A stretch of 64,000 bases of DNA from Syntrophales bacterium (GCA_963662405.2 CAXXKT010000003.1:256001-320000); one strand, 5' to 3'. Positions 42,283 through 54,419 are shown, counted from the first letter of the stretch. Numbers and translations: made by a program. The notes: generated from the letters alone by a model not told the origin.

Positions 42283-43392
42283 ATGATGAAGAGACGGAGC
42301 TTTTTTTCTTTCGTTAGGCTGTTTTTCATAGTGGCGACCCTTTTCCTGCTTCTGGTCCTGGCAGGAGGGTGCTCGGATGATGGGGGGTCTTCTTCCAACA
42401 CAAGACATTCGTCACAACGAGCCGCTCCGCCCGCCCCCGTGCTTACCCTGGAACAGTACAACGGAGGATTCTTCTCGATCGAAAAGCCGCGCGGGTGGGA
42501 GATCATCCCGGCGGGTCAGTGCAGCTCCTTTGCCTTCCTGATCCGCGATCCGCAGGAACACCGGCGCCAGATCTTTCACTTCGGCGAAGTCGGTCCCGTC
42601 TATATGGACCACCGGCAGAAACAGCTCGACATGCAGTACACGCAGATGGGCGGGTACCCTATCCAGTGGATCGAGATGCCCGTTGTCAATCCCTTGACGC
42701 CGGCCAACTTCCTTGCCCGATTCCACCTCATCGCGCGGACCCGGATCGCCCAGTCCTTCATGCCCCAGTGCCCGCGGCTGGAAGGTTTCTCGGTCATATC
42801 CACCACTCCGCAGCAGTGTCCGATCAACGGCGGAAGGACCGAACTGATCCGCGCGCTCTTTACCCGGAACGGGAAGGTGGCCGAAGGGCTCTTTATCGCC
42901 ACGGTGGCCCCCGTGATGCCCATGACCGGAAGCCCCGGCGGGGGAACCGCCTACGGTTTCCTCGTGTCCGGGATCACTGCTCCGCGCGGGGAATTCCCCC
43001 ATCTTCAGGAGGCGCTCACCCGGTCGATCGGCAGCTACACAATCAGCCAGGACTACGCCAACCGCTGTCTCCAGCAACAACGGTCGGCGTACCAGGCGAT
43101 CGCGCGCGCGGGCCAGACCCTGCGGGAGACCTCGGACATCATCACCAAGGGGTGGGAGAACCGCAACAAGACCCATGATATCCTCGCCGAGAGACGGAGC
43201 GATACGATACTCGGCAAGGAACGCCTCTACGACCCGGAAACGGACGAGGTCTATGAATTCGAAAACGGTTTCTACGACACCTACGACCTGAACCGGCAGC
43301 AGTACGAGATGAACAACCTCCAGCAACTGCCGAACGACAGCCATAATCTATGGATGCAGGCGCCCCTGGACGGTCCCCGGAACCTGCGGTAG
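42283..43392 (+). CDS. Hypothetical lipoprotein
   Basis: GAGGA RBS; signal peptide MKRRSFF...LAGG-C; long ORF. Confidence 0.8.
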   Translation: MMKRRSFFSFVRLFFIVATLFLLLVLAGGCSDDGGSSSNTRHSSQRAAPPAPVLTLEQYNGGFFSIEKPRGWEIIPAGQCSSFAFLIRDPQEHRRQIFHFGEVGPVYMDHRQKQLDMQYTQMGGYPIQWIEMPVVNPLTPANFLARFHLIARTRIAQSFMPQCPRLEGFSVISTTPQQCPINGGRTELIRALFTRNGKVAEGLFIATVAPVMPMTGSPGGGTAYGFLVSGITAPRGEFPHLQEALTRSIGSYTISQDYANRCLQQQRSAYQAIARAGQTLRETSDIITKGWENRNKTHDILAERRSDTILGKERLYDPETDEVYEFENGFYDTYDLNRQQYEMNNLQQLPNDSHNLWMQAPLDGPRNLR

Positions 43393-43501
43393 TCAGACCC
43401 ATTTGGTGTGATCGTATTGTGTGGCCCGTCGCCCTTATCATGCGCGGAAGTAATCTGATAGGGGAGGGTCGTGATATGTTCAGATGCGTCGAGAAAATAA
43501 T

Positions 43502-44029
43502 ATGTTCAGAGTACCCCGCCATATCGCCGTCGATATCGAAACAACCGGTCTCTCCCCGCGCCGGGGCCACCGGATCATCGAGATCGGGGCGGTTGCCATA
43601 GAGGACGGATGCCCTGCGGAATCATTCTGCAGTCTTATCAGGATCGACCGGGAGATCCCCCGCGAGGTCCAGCGGATCCATGGGATCACCGACGAGATGC
43701 TTGTAGGCCAGCCGAGGGCCGATGAGGTCCTGCCGCAACTGCTCGATTTCCTAGGGGACGGCGTTATCGTTGCCCACAACGCCCGCTTCGATATGGGATT
43801 CCTCCGGCACGAATTCGAGCGTCTGTCCCTCCCCCTGCGAAACAGGTCCGCCTGTACCCTCCAGATGAGCAGGCGGCTCTATCCCCACCTCCCCAACCAC
43901 CGGCTCGATACCGTCTACCGCCACCTCTTTGGAGAAATCAGGGAAGATATCCAAAGGCACCGCGCCCTCGACGACGCCCGGATGGCGGCACGGATCTGGA
44001 TTGCGATGCGGCAACACAGCAGTCGATGA
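43502..44029 (+). CDS. DEDDh 3'-5' exonuclease (DnaQ/epsilon-like)
   Basis: DIETTG, AHNARFD, HRALDDA. Confidence 0.92.
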   Translation: MFRVPRHIAVDIETTGLSPRRGHRIIEIGAVAIEDGCPAESFCSLIRIDREIPREVQRIHGITDEMLVGQPRADEVLPQLLDFLGDGVIVAHNARFDMGFLRHEFERLSLPLRNRSACTLQMSRRLYPHLPNHRLDTVYRHLFGEIREDIQRHRALDDARMAARIWIAMRQHSSR

Positions 44030-44523
44030 ATCCATCCAACGGTCAAGCCCCTGGCTCAGGTGACAAGCGTTCGTCTCCGAACACGCCGGTGTGCCGTTGC
44101 AGGAAGAAAAAAACCACAATGGAGAAATCAATCATTGTCTTTTTGATACGTCTATGTTACGGAAAATGCCAGATTTCAAGGGGATGCACAGGTGCAATCT
44201 GCACGGCATGAAGGGCCGTTTCTGAGTCGCCGAGAGCGTCAACCCGAGATTCTTATCGCCTTGCTCAAATGCGCTTCATTTGAGCATCGCAGCCGCACCC
44301 TCCCCATCAACATCGTCGCCTGACGCGGCAACAGCCATATCCACGATTCAAGACAGTTTGTTGTAAGTAATTAACAATCAAAACAATAAGAGCTGAGAAG
44401 TGCAGAGTGAGAAATATTTTTCTCCGCATGTTTTTTGATGCCGGGCCGGGGAAAAAATGCTTTTCCTGTTCGATCGATCGTTAATTTACCACATCACACT
44501 GCAAAAGGATTTATCTGAAGACA

Positions 44524-46707
44524 ATGACCAAGAAATATTACGCACACAGCCTGGATGGAAGGCCCCTCGACGAATGGCAAACCCTTGAGGATCACCTAAG
44601 AAATGTTGCAGAGATGGCAGCGGATTTTGCCAGCTATTTTGGTTCACAAGCGTGGGGTGACATATTAGGGGCAAACCATGACCTTGGTAAAGGGATTCTT
44701 CCGTGGCAGGCATATTTAAGACAAGCAAATGGCATTATTGATGAGTTCTCTTCGTTTTATGAAGGTCATCCAACTCATGCTTTTAGTGGTGCCCAGTGGC
44801 TCGCTCGGAATTCAAAAGAATCTGGGAAATTGATGGCCTACTGTATCGCCGGACACCATGGAGGATTGCCGAACTGGAGCGACGTATCTGATGCAGCATT
44901 GGAAACAAGACTTGAGAAAGACTATCCTAAAGTCGAGATACCTTGCCCTGTTCCTGATTATCCTCGAGAACTACCTTTTTCATTTGATCCTGAACGGTTT
45001 GGGTTCCAATTGCAATTTTTTATCCGAATGCTATTTTCTTGCCTAGTAGATGCAGATTTCCTTGATACAGAAAACTCTCTGGATAGAACAAGAGCGGAAT
45101 GGCGTTCTTGCTATCCAAGGATTGATGAGCTCCATGAGAAATTCTGGATAAACTTTACAGCACTTCGTGGCGGATCTGACCAAACGACAAAAGTCAATCA
45201 ACAACGTGAGCATGTTCTCGAAGCGTGTTTACAGGCAGCTGAATCAGATCCAGGGGTGTTTTCGTTAACCGTTCCAACCGGTGGGGGTAAGACTTTGGCA
45301 TCGTTGGCCTTTGCGCTCAACCATGCGAAAAAGCATGAAATGAAGAGAAGAGTTATCTATGTCATTCCTTTTACCAGTATTATCGAGCAAAGTGCCAAAG
45401 TCTTTCGAGATATGCTTGGGGACGACGCTGTTTTGGAACATCACTGTAATTTTCTTCCTCATGACGCGGATTGGAAAACCAAGCTGGCTTCGGAAAATTG
45501 GGATGCCCCGGTCGTTGTTACAACAAATGTTCAGTTTTTCAATTCATTCCACTCGAACAGGCCAGCGAAGTGCCGTAAGCTTCACAATGTAACTAACAGT
45601 ATAATTATCTTCGATGAAGTTCAGGCTATTCCTGTTGAAAAACTGCAACCCTGCCTTGAGGTTATCAAAGAACTGTCGCTGAATTATGGTGTCACATCGG
45701 TCTTGTGTACGGCAACACAACCTGCAATTAAGTTTTCGGAAAATTTCAAATCAGGACTTAAAGATGTCCGAGAGATAATTCATGATGTTCCTGCGCTCTT
45801 TTCAGCATTGAAACGAACTGAAGAAAAATTTGTCGGAACGCTCAGCGTGCAGGAGGTCGCAGACAGACTTTTGGCACATGAACAAGTGTTATGTATTGTA
45901 AATACCCGTCAGCAAGCCATTGACATATTTAATGCTTTACCTGAGTCTGACTCGAACATTCATCTAAGTGCTTTGATGCACCCGGCGCACCGGACTGAAA
46001 AACTAGCTGAAATAAGAGCCAGATTGTCATGCCCGCAAAAGATGTCATGTCGAGTTGTCAGTACACAATTGATAGAAGCCGGAGTAGATGTCGATTTTCC
46101 CTGTGTCTTTCGTGCGGTAGCTGGAATTGACAGTATTGCTCAGGCTGCAGGTCGATGTAATCGCAATGGATTGAGCAAAACCCCGTGCGAGGTGTATGTC
46201 TTTAAACTTCCGGAGGAGTCTGCATGTTCCTTTTTTCGTCATGCTGCCGAGTCGGCTGCTAAGCTATTTGAGCCATTTACGGGAAGACTTACATCGCCTG
46301 AGTGCGTCCGGGAATATTTTAGTGATTTCTTCTGGAAGAATGAAGGTCGAATGGATGCGGATGGCATTATCGAAAATATGTGTCGCTCAGCTCAGTCGGG
46401 TGAGATTCAGTTCAAAGATATCGCACGCTTTCAGATGATTGTATCTGCAACGATTCCCATCATAGTGGCCTTACAAGAAGATGCCCTTGAATTGGTAAGA
46501 GCATTGGAATTTACGGAACACAAAGGGGGCATTTTAAGAAAACTACAAAAGTTTACGGTTCAGATATACCCCTATCAGTTTGAAGAGATAAAGGACTGGC
46601 TGGAGGACCCTGTGCCGGGAATTTGGGTGTTACGCTCGGAAGAACTTTATTCAAAGGCAACGGGTCTTAAATGTAAGCCGCCGGAAGGATATGCGTTTTT
46701 TGGATAA
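44524..46707 (+). CDS. cas3: CRISPR-associated HD nuclease/helicase Cas3 (type I-C)
   Basis: YYAHS, HDLGK, HHGGL, LVDAD; PTGGGKT, DEVQ, TATQP, QAAGRCNR. Confidence 0.96.
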   Translation: MTKKYYAHSLDGRPLDEWQTLEDHLRNVAEMAADFASYFGSQAWGDILGANHDLGKGILPWQAYLRQANGIIDEFSSFYEGHPTHAFSGAQWLARNSKESGKLMAYCIAGHHGGLPNWSDVSDAALETRLEKDYPKVEIPCPVPDYPRELPFSFDPERFGFQLQFFIRMLFSCLVDADFLDTENSLDRTRAEWRSCYPRIDELHEKFWINFTALRGGSDQTTKVNQQREHVLEACLQAAESDPGVFSLTVPTGGGKTLASLAFALNHAKKHEMKRRVIYVIPFTSIIEQSAKVFRDMLGDDAVLEHHCNFLPHDADWKTKLASENWDAPVVVTTNVQFFNSFHSNRPAKCRKLHNVTNSIIIFDEVQAIPVEKLQPCLEVIKELSLNYGVTSVLCTATQPAIKFSENFKSGLKDVREIIHDVPALFSALKRTEEKFVGTLSVQEVADRLLAHEQVLCIVNTRQQAIDIFNALPESDSNIHLSALMHPAHRTEKLAEIRARLSCPQKMSCRVVSTQLIEAGVDVDFPCVFRAVAGIDSIAQAAGRCNRNGLSKTPCEVYVFKLPEESACSFFRHAAESAAKLFEPFTGRLTSPECVREYFSDFFWKNEGRMDADGIIENMCRSAQSGEIQFKDIARFQMIVSATIPIIVALQEDALELVRALEFTEHKGGILRKLQKFTVQIYPYQFEEIKDWLEDPVPGIWVLRSEELYSKATGLKCKPPEGYAFFG

Positions 46708-49084
<2,377 letters not shown>

Positions 49085-49085
<1 letters not shown>

Positions 49086-49951
49086 TGAACGAGCCTATCA
49101 AAAACCGCTATGAGTTTGTTCTGCTCTTTGATGTGAAAAATGGAAACCCCAATGGTGATCCGGACGGTGGAAATATGCCCCGTATTGACCCGGAAACCGG
49201 GCATGGGATTACGACCGATGTCTGTTTAAAACGCAAGGTTCGAAACTATGTTGACTTGGTCCGGAACGGTGAAAAAGAATACAATATTTATATCAAGGAA
49301 AAAGCTGTTCTAACTGAAGCCAGAAAACCTGCCTACGAAGCGGTGGCAGATGAAAAAGAAAAATCGGCTAAAATCAGTAAGGCACGTGTGTGGATGTGTG
49401 AAAATTTCTTTGATGTTCGAACATTTGGAGCGGTTATGTCTACCAAAGAAAACAACTGTGGCCAGGTTCGGGGACCTGTGCAGTTCTCTTTTGCGCAGAG
49501 TATTGACCCTATTGTTCCTTTGGAGGCGAGTATTACCCGTATGGCAGTAGAAACTAGGAAAGAGGCCGACTCTCAGGATGGCGATAATAGAACAATGGGG
49601 CGTAAAGCATATATCCCTTATGGCCTGTATCGTGTTCACGGTTTCATTTCCGCTCCGTTGGCACGGCAGACTGGATTTTCCGAAGATGACCTTGAGGTTT
49701 TTTGGGATGCTCTCCGTAACATGTTTGACCATGATCGTTCTGCGGCTCGGGGGGAGATGGCTGCTCAGAAGCTTATTGTATTCAAACACGAAAGAGATCT
49801 TGGAAACGCTCCGGCCCACAAATTGTTTGATCTCGTTTCAATCAGACGTTCAACCGATGCCGATATCCCGGCCCGTGGATTTTCTGACTACGTTGTCGAG
49901 ATCGACAGAAACAGTGTTCCTCACGGTGTAACTATCGAAGAAAAGATTTAG
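49085..49951 (+). CDS. cas7c: Cas7c/Csd2
   Basis: NGNPNGDPD.GNMPR.D; TDVCLKRKVR; FDVRTFGAV; DHDRSAARG. Confidence 0.96.
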
Positions 49952-50010
49952 AGGAGCCCATAATAGTAGAACAAGGAATAACTTCCGTTTGAGGTTTTGG
50001 CGGTTCTCTC

Positions 50011-50661
50011 ATGAAGCGCTCCGGTCGATATGACATCTCAGGTCTTGCCGAAGCCCAGTTTGAGCCGGGTTCGCGAGGCCGTGTTCTGCGAAACCTTATC
50101 GGAGTAAAGAGCATCAGGGAAATGGATCGCATAGAAGGAGAGGCGCTTGTACGGACCTTTGGTGATCTTGTAACTATCTACGATGAGTCATACAGCTTCA
50201 GCGCCTCCGATCTATGTAAGATGCACAGGAGATGGCTCTCCGGAATCTACGAGTGGGCCGGTCAATACCGGCAGGTAAATCTCTCAAAGGGGGATTTTAC
50301 CTTCGCAGGCGCTCATTTGATCCCCGGACTGATGGCCGATTTTGAAAGCCGTTATCTTGCAGTTTATACGCCCTGTCGGTTTTCGAAAAGAAAAGACCTG
50401 GCGCAGGCCCTTGCCGTAGTACATGTGGAATTGCTTCTGGTTCACCCTTTCAGGGAAGGCAACGGTCGAATTGCACGCACTCTGGCATCACTCATGGCGC
50501 TTCAGGCAAAATTGCCTCCGCTGGATTTTGGTACACTGAGAGGCAAAAATAAACAGAGGTATTTTGAAGCCGTTCAACTTGGACTGGATAGGGATTATGT
50601 ACCGATGGAGAAGATTTTTGACGAGATAATAGATAATACTCTGCAGTTACCGGGCGGCTGA
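50011..50661 (+). CDS. fic: Fic-domain protein (AMPylating toxin-like)
   Basis: Canonical HPFREGNGRIAR active-site motif; YEWAGQYR.VNLSKG. Confidence 0.93.
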   Translation: MKRSGRYDISGLAEAQFEPGSRGRVLRNLIGVKSIREMDRIEGEALVRTFGDLVTIYDESYSFSASDLCKMHRRWLSGIYEWAGQYRQVNLSKGDFTFAGAHLIPGLMADFESRYLAVYTPCRFSKRKDLAQALAVVHVELLLVHPFREGNGRIARTLASLMALQAKLPPLDFGTLRGKNKQRYFEAVQLGLDRDYVPMEKIFDEIIDNTLQLPGG

Positions 50662-50823
50662 TTTTTTCCTTGTCTCTTTGTTCGTCTGGAGCAGATCACT
50701 AAAGGCAGAGAGGGGCACACCTTCGATTGCTGACGAAGACGCCACGTTCATGACGATTGCGGCTTTTCGCTCAGCGGGGTTTTTAAGATAGGGATTTGTC
50801 TGCGTGAGGTTTTTCTTTTTCAT
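50647..50823 (-). CDS. Putative Fic antitoxin, 58 aa (FicA/VbhA-like inhibitory helix)
   Basis: MKKKNL...VASSSAIEGVP carries the (S/T)xxxE(G/N) motif; own promoter; overlaps the fic 3' end by 15 nt. Confidence 0.75.
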   Translation of the reverse strand: MKKKNLTQTNPYLKNPAERKAAIVMNVASSSAIEGVPLSAFSDLLQTNKETRKKSAAR

Positions 50824-50829
50824 GATGCT

Positions 50830-50858
50830 ACTGTACCAGAACACGGCTGTTTTATCAA
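50830..50858 (-). promoter_or_regulatory. sigma70 promoter for the leaderless antitoxin mRNA
   Basis: Minus strand TTGATA-N17-(TGG)TACAGT, 6 nt before the ATG. Confidence 0.65.
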
Positions 50859-50910
50859 AGGGAAATAATTGGATTAACATTTTGAAATAACTATCTAAAA
50901 TGGTAAGAAT

Positions 50911-51543
50911 ATGTATACTGAAGACGATCTTCTCCCCCTGTCCGCCCTGCAGCACCTTATCTTCTGCGAGCGGCAGTGCGCCCTGATTCACATCGAGCAG
51001 GCGTGGGCCGAGAATCTCTTCACCGCCGAAGGGAGGGTCATGCACGAGCGTGTCCACGAAGAGGGGAGGGAATCGAGAGGCGATATCCGCGTTGAACATG
51101 GGCTCTCTCTCCGATCACTGCGGCTGGGGCTGATCGGGAAAGCGGACGTCGTAGAATTCCACCGATGGAAAGGTGGCTCCTGGTTGCCGTTTCCCGTGGA
51201 ATACAAACGAGGCAAGCCGAAGAAGGACAACGGCGACCGGGTGCAGCTCTGTGCACAGGCGCTCTGTCTTGAAGAGATGCTGAACATCGCGGTGCCCGAG
51301 GGTGCTCTTTTTTATGGGAAAAACCGACGCCGTGCGGAGGTTGTTTTTGACATCCCATTGCGGAAAGAAACGGAAGATGCCGCGATACGGCTGCACGAAC
51401 TGATTGCATCCGGGCGGACGCCGAAACCGGTCTATACGAAGAGGTGTGATGCCTGCTCGCTGGCGGCTCTATGCCTGCCGAAGACGGTGGGAAAGAGAAG
51501 GACCGTGCAGCGTTATTTGTCGGGGGTGATGCGAGAGCTATGA
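50911..51543 (+). CDS. cas4: Cas4
   Basis: LQHLIFCERQC, G.ADVVEF, PVEYKRG, QLCAQA, CDAC...C. Confidence 0.95.
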   Translation: MYTEDDLLPLSALQHLIFCERQCALIHIEQAWAENLFTAEGRVMHERVHEEGRESRGDIRVEHGLSLRSLRLGLIGKADVVEFHRWKGGSWLPFPVEYKRGKPKKDNGDRVQLCAQALCLEEMLNIAVPEGALFYGKNRRRAEVVFDIPLRKETEDAAIRLHELIASGRTPKPVYTKRCDACSLAALCLPKTVGKRRTVQRYLSGVMREL

Positions 51544-52571
51544 AGCGACACCTCAATACCCTTTTTGTCACGACGCAGGGGGCCTATCTCGCCAAGGAGG
51601 GGGAGACGGCCGTGGTGAAGGTGGAAAAAGAGATTCGCCTTCGCGTTCCGATCCACACGATCGGTGGAATTGTCTGTTTCGGTCAGGTATCCATCAGCCC
51701 GTTCCTCATGGGTTTCTGCGCGGAGCGTGATGTTGCGATCAGTTTCCTGTCGGAGCATGGACGATTCCTGGCGCGGGTACAGGGGCCGGTTTCGGGAAAT
51801 GTCCTGCTCCGCAGAGAGCAGTATCGACGTGCCGATGATCCTGCTTCATCCGCTGAAATAGCGAAGGCCGTCGTGACCGGCAAGATCGCCAACTGCCGAA
51901 CGGTTCTCCAGCGGGCGTTGCGGGACCACGGCGACAAGCCGGGAACGGATGAGATCGAACAGGCCTCGCGGAGGCTTGCCGCGTCCTTGAAATCCCTTGC
52001 CCGTGAGGGATCTTTGGACGCGGTGCGCGGGATCGAAGGGGATGCGGCGAACAGGTACTTCGGTGTCTTCGATCATCTCATCACCTCACAGAAAAAGGAT
52101 TTCTCTTTTCATGAGAGAAGCCGCCGTCCGCCCCTGGACAAGGTGAACTGCCTCCTGTCCTTTTTGTACACCCTCGTCATGCATGATGTCCGCTCCGCCC
52201 TCGAATCGGTAGGCCTGGACCCGGCGGTCGGATTCCTGCACCGGGACCGCCCGGGGAGACCGAGTCTCGCTCTTGACATGATGGAGGAGTTCAGACCGTT
52301 CATGGCCGATCGGATGGCACTCTCTTTGATCAATCTGTCACAGGTCCGAAAGAAGGGGTTTGATACAACCGAATCGGGCGCTGTCCTCATGGACGACGAG
52401 ACACGGAAGTCCCTCCTGATTGCCTATCAGAAACGGAAGCAGGACGAGATCGTACACCCCTTTCTCAATGAAAAGGTGACAGTCGGGCTCCTCTTTCACA
52501 CGCAGGTCCTGCTGCTGGCCCGGTATCTGAGGGGCGATCTGGACGGATATCCGCCCTTTATCTGGAAATAG
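51540..52571 (+). CDS. cas1: Cas1 (type I-C)
   Basis: LNTLFVTTQG.YL; RGIEG.AA..YF; R.RRPPLD.VN; GFLH.DRPGRPSLALD. Confidence 0.97.
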   Translation: MKRHLNTLFVTTQGAYLAKEGETAVVKVEKEIRLRVPIHTIGGIVCFGQVSISPFLMGFCAERDVAISFLSEHGRFLARVQGPVSGNVLLRREQYRRADDPASSAEIAKAVVTGKIANCRTVLQRALRDHGDKPGTDEIEQASRRLAASLKSLAREGSLDAVRGIEGDAANRYFGVFDHLITSQKKDFSFHERSRRPPLDKVNCLLSFLYTLVMHDVRSALESVGLDPAVGFLHRDRPGRPSLALDMMEEFRPFMADRMALSLINLSQVRKKGFDTTESGAVLMDDETRKSLLIAYQKRKQDEIVHPFLNEKVTVGLLFHTQVLLLARYLRGDLDGYPPFIWK

Positions 52572-52582
52572 GAGCGAAGGGT

Positions 52583-52873
52583 ATGTTTGTGCTTGTCAGT
52601 TATGATGTGGCGACAGTCGAAAAAGGGGGGCAGCGTCGCCTGCGCCGGGTGGCGAAGGCGTGTCAGGATTATGGCCAGCGTGTCCAGTACTCCGTTTTTG
52701 AGTGTATCGTCGATCCGGCGCAATGGACGATGCTCCGGCAGCGGCTGATCAGCGAGATCAATCTCGAATCGGACAGTCTGCGGTTCTATTACCTGGGGTC
52801 GAATTGGAAGCGCCGTGTCGAGCATGTGGGCGCCAAAGAAGGCCTTGATCAGGAAGGGCCGCTCATTGCCTGA
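52583..52873 (+). CDS. cas2: Cas2
   Basis: VLVSYDV; YGQRVQYSVFEC; DSLRFYYL. Confidence 0.97.
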   Translation: MFVLVSYDVATVEKGGQRRLRRVAKACQDYGQRVQYSVFECIVDPAQWTMLRQRLISEINLESDSLRFYYLGSNWKRRVEHVGAKEGLDQEGPLIA

Positions 52874-53057
52874 TAGGTGTCCGCGAACCCGAAGCTTGCA
52901 GCAAATCCCTGGGGGATTCGCGGAGCGTATAATGCATTGGAAATAAAGATAAATTTTGAAACGTTCATTGACAATTGAATACGGGATACGTTGAAAAGAT
53001 ACGGTTCGCAGAAAATGGGTATTAACCGTTGTAAGATTGATAAGTTATAATGTTATA
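52874..53057 (+). promoter_or_regulatory. CRISPR leader
   Basis: AT-rich region between cas2 and the first repeat; CCGCGAACCC...GGGATTCGCGG inverted motif and GGTTCGC. Confidence 0.8.
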
Positions 53058-53817
53058 GTCGCCCCCCTCGCGGGGGCGTGGATTGAAACATGTCTTCAAG
53101 GGCTTGCCGTAACCCATCCAACCGTCGCCCCCCTCGCGGGGGCGTGGATTGAAACATGATGTTCATGTCAGATTTGCCTTTGACCATAGTCGCCCCCCTC
53201 GCGGGGGCGTGGATTGAAACCTCGACCGATGGCGAAAGGATGGGGACCGACCGATGGTCGCCCCCCTCGCGGGGGCGTGGATTGAAACGACAACTGCGAC
53301 TACTGGCCCGTCCCGAAGGGCAAGTCGCCCCCCTCGCGGGGGCGTGGATTGAAACATGACGGGGTTTCTTACGAACTGCGCGAGACCGAAGTCGCCCCCC
53401 TCGCGGGGGCGTGGATTGAAACACGCCATCGAAGTCGCTTGCGACCTCGAATTCTGTCGCCCCCCTCGCGGGGGCGTGGATTGAAACTCAACCCCTCGTA
53501 CTTGCATTTCGGACACCCAACGTCGCCCCCCTCGCGGGGGCGTGGATTGAAACATCAGTCACCAGTCCCCGTGCCGTTCCGTTGCTGTCGCCCCCCTCGC
53601 GGGGGCGTGGATTGAAACGTACATCAAGCCCTGTGTATGATGGTGGCTTGAGTCGCCCCCCTCGCGGGGGCGTGGATTGAAACCGGGATATCCTGGTCGA
53701 CGGAATGAAGGGCGACTGGGTCGCCCCCCTCGCGGGGGCGTGGATTGAAACCTAAATCAAGGCTTTTTTATGCTCGATAAATCGGGTCGCCCCCCTTGCG
53801 GGGGTGTGGATTGAAAG
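53058..53817 (+). CRISPR. Type I-C CRISPR array: 12 repeats, 11 spacers (33-36 nt)
   Basis: 32-nt repeat GTCGCCCCCCTCGCGGGGGCGTGGATTGAAAC at 53058, 53124, 53189, 53257, 53324, 53391, 53456, 53522, 53587, 53652, 53720; degenerate terminal copy at 53786 (3 mismatches). Confidence 0.99.
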
Positions 53818-54032
53818 CAATCTGATTCATTTGCTGGGCGATAAGGATTGGTTACTTCCCGTACGGAGGTGAACGGTACGGTTGACAAGTAGTGCGAATG
53901 GTTTTTCAGGGATGACGAATTTTGGACGAGGGATCGCGTCTACTTGAATGAAGACAAGCGACCTGTGGAAATGACCGATGCGGTGGATGTACCCAAAGAA
54001 TCATTGACAAATGAAGCAGTGTCACCCTATGT

Positions 54033-54419
54033 ATGGAGAAGTTGCTTATCCGGAAAGGGCCTATGGCTACCATGCAGGGGAATGACGCGACGTTATTGTA
54101 TGTGATAGTCGGAACGGTTATTTTTGTTCCCCCGGCGGTGATTGCCTTTCGAAACACGCGGTTTTGCCCGGTGCTGAGGATACTCTTTTCAGTCACGGTG
54201 GTCCCGCTGTTTGCGGCGCTCATGGCGGCGAATTATTTCTTTGTTGCCGATTACCTCCCCGCTCTTATTGATCGGTTTCACTCTCTCACCGAAGGGAACG
54301 AATCGACTACCTCTGAAGTGATCTTTGCCTTTGCGCTGACGTGTCCCCTTGCCGTGGCAGGGTGCTTTTTGTGGTATTATCTTTTCAAGTATGTCGACAG
54401 GTATTGCGCCGGGGACTGA
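54033..54419 (+). CDS. Hypothetical membrane protein, 3 TM (start uncertain)
   Basis: Three hydrophobic segments. Confidence 0.6.
   Translation: MEKLLIRKGPMATMQGNDATLLYVIVGTVIFVPPAVIAFRNTRFCPVLRILFSVTVVPLFAALMAANYFFVADYLPALIDRFHSLTEGNESTTSEVIFAFALTCPLAVAGCFLWYYLFKYVDRYCAGD

Noticed and set aside
44226..44354. Two GTCGCC...GATT segments upstream of cas3 as a degenerate CreA-like mini-array
   Set aside because: Only the 6-nt start and GATT match the repeat; lengths are inconsistent and the repeat hairpin is absent
49952..50670. Invertible segment explaining the fic orientation
   Set aside because: No flanking inverted repeats or recombinase seen
50824..51099. N-terminal 92 aa of the 150-aa minus-strand ORF 50647..51099
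   Set aside because: Antisense to cas4 and runs through the promoter gap; only the last 58 aa have a promoter and a motif
53053..53615. ORFs overlapping the CRISPR array
   Set aside because: Translations of repeats and spacers
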